Source of the DNA: Chthonomonadales bacterium
Lineage (GTDB): Bacteria > Armatimonadota > Chthonomonadetes > Chthonomonadales > Chthonomonadaceae
DNA length: 64,000 nucleotides
Assembly (NCBI GenBank): GCA_038217285.1
Contig: JBBQPO010000001.1
Span: 1-64,000, forward strand
Direction: 5' to 3'
Made by a program: the position numbers and the translations under genes. Numbering within the stretch: the first letter of the stretch is position 1; each line of letters begins with the position of its first letter. The notes beneath the pieces are model-generated. The model made no database searches and was not told where the DNA came from. It saw only the letters and a program-made list of their open reading frames with translations. Positions 58,489-64,000 of this stretch are shown one piece after another.

Positions 58489-60918
58489 TCACCAGCCGAC
58501 GGAGTCTACGTAACAGACGCCTGTCCAGACGCCGTTCGTCTGGAACTGAACTCCAAGCTGAGACAAGGGCGTGGCTGCGGTGGCGGGAACCGTGACGGTC
58601 AGGGTATTCCAGGCGCCTGCCGCCAGGCTTGCAATCGGCTGCCAGTTGCCGGTCCAGGTCCAGTTGCCTCCCGCTCCCTGCTGCACGAAGGGCTGGATAG
58701 ATGTCAGGGTGCTGCCGGACGGGATCCAGATATGGAAGGTGACCGTCGCGCCCGCCGGTGTCGCTGGGGAGCCGACATAGGCCGTCTGGGCGCCTCCGGC
58801 GGAGGGGCTGTTGATCGATACGGCCAGGGAGTGCGACCCGGCATAGGCTTTCACCGTGCTGCCGGCCACGCCGGTGAGGATGCCGCCGGAAGAGACCCAA
58901 CCCTGCGCACCGCTCTCGAAGTTGTACTGGGCGGAGTCACCGGCGGTAACGGTCACGGTCGCCGCCGCGCCGTTCCAGTAGTAGTTGACCCCCCACGTCG
59001 AATTGAACACACCAACCTTCACCGTATAGGTGCCCACCGTGGAAGGCACCACCCAGGCCCATGAATAGGGGCGGGACTGATTGGCGGTAAAGTTCTGGCC
59101 GGTATAGGCTTGCTGACCGACTTTGGTCCCGGCCAAATTATAGACCTCCAGATCTACGATTCCGTTGGAGAGCGCGCCGCCCGCGTCGGTGACGGTCGTG
59201 GAGATGGTCGCGGTCGCTCCCGGAGCGACGGAAGACGGGGAGACGCTCGTGGAACTCGTGAAGGTCGGCGTCTTACCGGCGGATTTGGGCAGGACGAACA
59301 GCGTGATGCTCTGCGCGGGCGCGGTGAAACCAAGGCTGCTGCCACTGACGGTGATGTCGCTCAGGCGGTTGATGGCGTTGGCGGAGGTGAGCTGCCAGAC
59401 CTGCGCCGTGCCGGTGCTGGTGAAGTTGGCAAGGTTCAGGGTGACGGCGGTCGTGCCCGACAGGTACTTGCTGATAACCATGACGGTGAGCGCGCCGTCG
59501 ATGGTTCGCTGGGCGGCGAAGGCGGAGACATTGTCCGGGTTCGGAACGGTCGCAGACACGCTGGTATCGCCGAACGTGGACTTGCTGCCGTCGTAGTTGC
59601 GATACATCTTGATCGCTTTGTAGGTCGGCGTCGTGTTGCCCGGCGTCGTCCACCGGGTGGCCAAGTCCAGCCCTTCCCGCCCAAAGATGCCGAGGATATC
59701 CGCCTGCGTGGTCGCGCCGTTGATATGCCCTTCGGCTCCCCAGTTGTATTCGGTAATGCCGGTGAAGGTGCCCGGATAGTAGGTGTTCACCCAGCCCTTG
59801 ATGCGGGGGATGAGTTGAACCTGGCTATTGATCCACGACTGGTCTACATAGCTCGGATCCCACAGCGAGCGCGTGGACTGATTGCGTTTGGTCTGCATCG
59901 CCGTCGTCACATCGTTGCTGAACTCTCCGCCTTGCGGATAGTAGTGGACGCTGAACACGTCCAGGATCCGCTTGCCGGTAGAGGCATTGTTCTGACGCAA
60001 CTGATCGAGCAGCCAGGGCAGATAGTCCCAGTTGCCGTTTGCGGCTCTATCCGGGATCGTGCTCCATCCATGTATTCCGGTGTACTGCTGGTCGTAGCCG
60101 CTGTAGAAGTAACCGCTCCAACCCCACTCTTCCGGCCCAACCACCAGGGCGGAACTGTCGTTCGCCTTGACCTTCCCGCCATAATCGAGGATCTTATTGC
60201 GGATCTCGGCCATCGTGGCGCCGGTGGGATGGACATCGCGGTGGGTGCTATGCCAGAGGCTCGGCTCATTGTCCATGAGGTAGTATCGGAGCCCTCCGCT
60301 GTTGGCGGGACCCCACTTCGCGACAAGATGCTGCATCCAGCTATTCTGAAAAGTCGAATCGGAGAGGACATTGGCATCGTTCGGATCGTTGCCCGTCACG
60401 TTCTGCCCTGTGCTGCTCAGAACACCGTTGCCGGCATCCGGAAACCACTGAAAATCATTACCCGTCTGTGCGCCGTATTTGGCGATGGAGAAGCTGGCGA
60501 GTTTGCTGCGGTTGGCCCCTACCCTGGCGACCCAGCCGACCATCGGGATCGTGAGCAGGGCTTGCGCCCCGCCGCTCTTGCTGTTGGAGATAAACGTGTC
60601 GCCCCGCTCCCCAGCGACAGCGCTGGTGTCGCCGATGCTCTCGAAATAGTAGTCGCTGCCGCGATTGTCGGCGTTCACATTCCAGTTGTAGCGGCTGGTG
60701 TTGTTGCCGCCATTGCGATTGAGAAGGATATTCAGGTCTGACAGGGTAGGAGTATCCGCGTATGCCATCCCGTAGATGTTGGGGTTGATAGCGCGGCGGT
60801 TCGCATTCGCGTCGACGTTGACGGTGACGGCAGGATTTTGCCCCAGAGCAGGGCCTTCGAATGCGGTGATGGTGAGAAATAGGGCGGCGAAAGTCGCTGC
60901 AGGGTTGATTCGTACCAT
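58489..60918 (-). CDS. Secreted GH44 endoglucanase/xyloglucanase with two C-terminal beta-sandwich (Ig-like and CBM-like) domains
   Basis: Signal peptide, RNGGNNTSRYNW, MDNEPSLWHSTHRDVHP, GPEEWGW, HYYPQ, ITEYNWG; C-terminal YNFESGAQGW...YVDSVGW. Confidence 0.9.
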   Translation of the reverse strand: MVRINPAATFAALFLTITAFEGPALGQNPAVTVNVDANANRRAINPNIYGMAYADTPTLSDLNILLNRNGGNNTSRYNWNVNADNRGSDYYFESIGDTSAVAGERGDTFISNSKSGGAQALLTIPMVGWVARVGANRSKLASFSIAKYGAQTGNDFQWFPDAGNGVLSSTGQNVTGNDPNDANVLSDSTFQNSWMQHLVAKWGPANSGGLRYYLMDNEPSLWHSTHRDVHPTGATMAEIRNKILDYGGKVKANDSSALVVGPEEWGWSGYFYSGYDQQYTGIHGWSTIPDRAANGNWDYLPWLLDQLRQNNASTGKRILDVFSVHYYPQGGEFSNDVTTAMQTKRNQSTRSLWDPSYVDQSWINSQVQLIPRIKGWVNTYYPGTFTGITEYNWGAEGHINGATTQADILGIFGREGLDLATRWTTPGNTTPTYKAIKMYRNYDGSKSTFGDTSVSATVPNPDNVSAFAAQRTIDGALTVMVISKYLSGTTAVTLNLANFTSTGTAQVWQLTSANAINRLSDITVSGSSLGFTAPAQSITLFVLPKSAGKTPTFTSSTSVSPSSVAPGATATISTTVTDAGGALSNGIVDLEVYNLAGTKVGQQAYTGQNFTANQSRPYSWAWVVPSTVGTYTVKVGVFNSTWGVNYYWNGAAATVTVTAGDSAQYNFESGAQGWVSSGGILTGVAGSTVKAYAGSHSLAVSINSPSAGGAQTAYVGSPATPAGATVTFHIWIPSGSTLTSIQPFVQQGAGGNWTWTGNWQPIASLAAGAWNTLTVTVPATAATPLSQLGVQFQTNGVWTGVCYVDSVGW

Positions 60919-61203
60919 AGATTACACCTCCGGGTGTCTCCGTGGGCGCCGTGCCCATCGTGGGATCTGTCAGCCTCTCCAAGCCCCGGTTCCGTCGGCT
61001 CCCGAGAACGGGCAACCTATGTTTGAGTTGCATATCGCGAATTCTGGCAATCACAATCGTTTTGAAAACAGATTATGGGCTTAGGAGGGCTCATCGCGTG
61101 CACGTCTCATGCAATATCACACGTTAGATACAGCATTGTCGTTCCAAAGACCTGCTTCGAACGGGCCTAGTTTTTCCTGAGGCATACAGTGCGTGGCCAA
61201 AGC

Positions 61204-61237
61204 AGCAAAATGGCCGTCGCGGGACGGCCATTTTGCT
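61204..61237. terminator. Terminator hairpin downstream of purD
   Basis: AGCAAAATGGCCGTC-GCGG-GACGGCCATTTTGCT, a perfect 15-bp stem. Confidence 0.75.
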
Positions 61238-61320
61238 TTGGCGCAACTCCTTCATGAACGTGGTTTTCAGTCTTGCCGGCAATGAAAGTGGCTCAGTGGA
61301 TTCCGGGAGGCTCGTTTGCC

Positions 61321-62616
61321 CTATGTAGTGACCTGGAGGGCGCGGGCGGCGATGTCGCGGCGGTAGGTGATGCCATCGAAGTTCAGGCGGGCCATACCTT
61401 TGTAGGCGCGGGTAACGGCCGTGCCGAGGTCTTCGGCGAGGCCGGTGACGCTCAGGACGCGGCCCCCATCGGTCACGGTCTGGCCGTCGGCGAGGCGGGT
61501 TCCGGCGTGGAAGACGAGGCAGTCCTCCTGCGTTCCGAACGTCTCCAGGCCGGTGATGACTTTGCCTGTCTCATAGTCGTCGGGATAGCCGCCCGAGGCC
61601 GCCACGACGGTCGCGGAGGCGCCACCGCGCCAGCGCACCTCCTGCTGCTCCAGCGTACAGTCCGTCACGCCCAACAGCAGGGGAACCAAATCGCTCGCCA
61701 GCAGGGGCAGGACCGCCTGCGTCTCCGGATCGCCGAGGCGACAGTTGAACTCGATGCACTTCGGGCCTTCAGCAGTGATAATGATACCGGCGTAGAGGAC
61801 GCCCTTATAGGGGATGCCCAGTTCGCGCACCGCCCGAATAGCGGGCCGCAGAATGCGCTCCATCGCAATGTTCACCGTATCTGCGGGGATCGTGGGAACA
61901 GGCGCGTAGGCGCCCATACCGCCCGTATTCGGGCCGGTGTCGCCCTCCCCTATCCGCTTGTGATCCTGCGACGGCACCAGCGGAATGATCGTCTCGCCGT
62001 CTGTGATCGCCATGATCGACGCCTCTTCGCCGTAGAGCCGCTCCTCGATCACCACCACATCTCCGGCCTGTCCGAAGACCCTCTCGCCCATGATACGGAT
62101 CAGGCCTGCCTCGGCCTCGGCCTGGTTGTTCGCGACGATCACGCCTTTGCCTGCCGCAATCCCATCCGCCTTTATGACGATTCCGACATCCGGAGCGTTC
62201 TGCGCGTAGTAGGCCCGCAGGATCGCCTGCGCTTCCGCGAGCGAACGGCATGTCCAGAAGGCGGCCGTGGGAATGCCTGCCGACTGCATCAGCTCCTTGG
62301 CGAAAGTCTTACTGCCTTCCAGCCGGGCCGGATCGGTGGAGGGGCCAAAGATCGGCAGCCCTCGCGCCTCGAACTTATCGACGATCCCGGCGATAAGCGG
62401 CGCTTCCGGCCCCACAACGGTCAGGCCCACGCCGTTCCTCTCGGCGAAATCCGCCAGGAGAGAGATATCCGTCGCCTGGATCGGCACGCACTCCGCCATC
62501 TGCGCGATGCCCGCATTGCCCGGCGCACAGAAGATCTTCTCCACCAGCGGACTCTGGGCGATCTTCCAGACCAGCGCGTGTTCGCGCCCGCCCCCGCCTA
62601 CGACCAGTACACGCAT
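61321..62616 (-). CDS. purD: Phosphoribosylamine--glycine ligase
   Basis: VGGGGREHAL, VGPEAPL, KADGIAAGKGV, QDHKR, NTGGMGAY, EFNCRLGDPE, GGRVL. Confidence 0.98.
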   Translation of the reverse strand: MRVLVVGGGGREHALVWKIAQSPLVEKIFCAPGNAGIAQMAECVPIQATDISLLADFAERNGVGLTVVGPEAPLIAGIVDKFEARGLPIFGPSTDPARLEGSKTFAKELMQSAGIPTAAFWTCRSLAEAQAILRAYYAQNAPDVGIVIKADGIAAGKGVIVANNQAEAEAGLIRIMGERVFGQAGDVVVIEERLYGEEASIMAITDGETIIPLVPSQDHKRIGEGDTGPNTGGMGAYAPVPTIPADTVNIAMERILRPAIRAVRELGIPYKGVLYAGIIITAEGPKCIEFNCRLGDPETQAVLPLLASDLVPLLLGVTDCTLEQQEVRWRGGASATVVAASGGYPDDYETGKVITGLETFGTQEDCLVFHAGTRLADGQTVTDGGRVLSVTGLAEDLGTAVTRAYKGMARLNFDGITYRRDIAARALQVTT

Positions 62617-62730
62617 GCCCTTACGCTCCTTCCGTCTACTCCCCGAAATCAAAAATCTCTCCTTCTGCCAACGCCCTGAATTCAAAATCGTATCTCTCCA
62701 CTCCTCGACATTCCGAAATCAAAAATGGCT

Positions 62731-64000
62731 TCATTCTCCGCTGTCGCCAGGGTCATAGTAGCCGGGCGCGAGGTTTTCGAACCGGGCGTAGTGCGGCAGG
62801 AAGCCGACCTTGACCGGTCCGGTCGGGCCGTTACGCTGCTTGGCGATGATCAGCTCCGCCACTTCCAGTTTTTCCCGGTCCCGCTCGTCCCGGTCGCCCG
62901 ACTGCTGCTCCCGGTCATCCGCCGCTGAGCTCGCCTCTTTCATTTTGTAGTAGGCTTCGCGGTAGATAAACATGACGATGTCCGCCTCCGCCTCGATCGC
63001 GCCGGATTCGCGAAGGTCGGAGAGCATCGGGCGTTTGTCGGGGCGCGATTCGACGGCGCGGCTGAGCTGCGACAGCGCGATCACCGGGACTTCCAACTCG
63101 CGCGCCATCTGCTTGGTGGAGCGGGCGATCTCAGAGATCTCCTGGTTGCGGTTCTCGGTGCGTTTATGGGAGCGCATCAGTTGCAGATAGTCGATGACGA
63201 CCATGCCCAGGCCCTTCTGCTCTGCCTTCAGTCGGCGGCATTTGGCGCGGATCTCCAGCGCGGAGATGTCGGGCGAATCGTCGATGAAGATCGGGGCCTC
63301 GGCCAGCCGCTGGATTCCCTCGCCGACCCGCTGCCAGTCGTCGCTCTGCAGGAATCCGGTACGCAGCTTATGCGCGTCTACCCGCGACTCGGAACAGATC
63401 ATACGCGTGACCAACTGCTCCGCCGACATCTCCAGGCTGAAGATCGCCACCGGCAGCTTCTCGTTCAAGGCCACGTACTGTGCCAGTTGGACGGTCAGGG
63501 CGGTCTTGCCCATACTCGGTCGGGCGGCGACGATGATGAGGTCGGAGGGCTGAAAACCGGCGGTCTTGTAGTTGAGGTCGTCGAAGGGGGTTTTGCGGCC
63601 CGTCGGAGCGCCACGATTGGAGTCCAGACTGTCGAGGCGATCCAGCTCTTTGTCGAGCAGGGGGCGAAGCTGTTTGAAGAACTGGCCGGCGCGCCTGCGA
63701 CCGATCTCGAAAACGATCTGTTCCGCCCGGTCCACCACTTCACTGATATTGTTGAACTCGGAATAGGCCAGTCCCTGCACCTGCGTCCCGGCATCGAGCA
63801 GGCGGCGCAGAATCGATTTCTCTTCGACCAGGCGGGCGTAGTACTCGATATTGGCGGCAGTCGAGGGCGCCTCCATCAGGTTCTGAAGGTAGATCAAACC
63901 TCCGACCGAGTCGTACTGCCCACGCGCTCTCAGTTCGTTGGTCAGGGTGATCAGATCGACAGGCTCGTCCCGCTGGGTGAGGGCTAGCATGCCCTCGAAG
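62731..64000 (-). CDS. dnaB: Replicative DNA helicase (5' end outside the window)
   Basis: AARPSMGKT, FSLEM, IDYLQLM, LSQLSR, SDLRESGAIE, KQRNGPTG. Confidence 0.98.
   Translation of the reverse strand, partial: FEGMLALTQRDEPVDLITLTNELRARGQYDSVGGLIYLQNLMEAPSTAANIEYYARLVEEKSILRRLLDAGTQVQGLAYSEFNNISEVVDRAEQIVFEIGRRRAGQFFKQLRPLLDKELDRLDSLDSNRGAPTGRKTPFDDLNYKTAGFQPSDLIIVAARPSMGKTALTVQLAQYVALNEKLPVAIFSLEMSAEQLVTRMICSESRVDAHKLRTGFLQSDDWQRVGEGIQRLAEAPIFIDDSPDISALEIRAKCRRLKAEQKGLGMVVIDYLQLMRSHKRTENRNQEISEIARSTKQMARELEVPVIALSQLSRAVESRPDKRPMLSDLRESGAIEAEADIVMFIYREAYYKMKEASSAADDREQQSGDRDERDREKLEVAELIIAKQRNGPTGPVKVGFLPHYARFENLAPGYYDPGDSGE

Noticed and set aside
61051-61065. LacI-like operator (TCACAATCGTTTTGA) upstream of GH44
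   Set aside because: Imperfect symmetry and no regulator nearby; cannot be distinguished from chance.
2125-63987. Many long antisense or alternate-frame ORFs (e.g. 13318-15078, 25770-28076, 49504-51588, 59110-60741, 61273-62679)
   Set aside because: They shadow well-supported genes on the opposite strand, as expected in GC-rich DNA, and have no recognisable motifs.
62731-64000. Intein in dnaB
   Set aside because: The helicase motifs are contiguous at normal spacing, with no insertion.

Overview
Bacterial chromosomal window (GC-rich, no rRNA operon, no CRISPR array). Housekeeping anchors are alaS, tRNA-Asn(GTT), purD and a partial dnaB. Between them are two defence islands. The first (0.2-10.4 kb) holds a DUF5343-like/HEPN(DUF4145)-like gene pair transcribed divergently from a type I R-M locus: half-hsdS, hsdM, rhuM, hsdS, hsdR, M48 peptidase. 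The second (28.5-41.2 kb) holds SNF2 helicase, mod, rhuM and res (type III-like), then an AAA+/DUF4143 ATPase and a DUF433/PIN toxin-antitoxin pair. The rest is accessory metabolism: a sugar-acid ABC uptake/catabolism operon, a degenerate IS630, a secreted repeat protein, DUF1080, an amidohydrolase-fold/Rieske pair, IorAB-like genes, a multi-subunit molybdopterin (nitrate-reductase-like) operon next to ric, PhyH and a GH44 glucanase. Main sequence-level observations: (i) both rhuM genes carry a perfect 15-1-15 bp palindrome at the same codon position but with unrelated arm sequences, and a third 14-1-14 palindrome follows hsdM; (ii) the probable true start of the DUF5343-like gene, with its consensus promoter and SD, is out of frame across an A8 tract; (iii) a 27-bp exact (about 41-bp near-exact) copy of part of the ABC permease gene lies 18 kb away at the edge of the R-M island; (iv) several REP/REPIN-like elements and tiny gene scars (IS3, AbrB, DUF1552, an oxidoreductase/nitrilase deletion junction). 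All family assignments come from recognising motifs by eye; no database searches were run.
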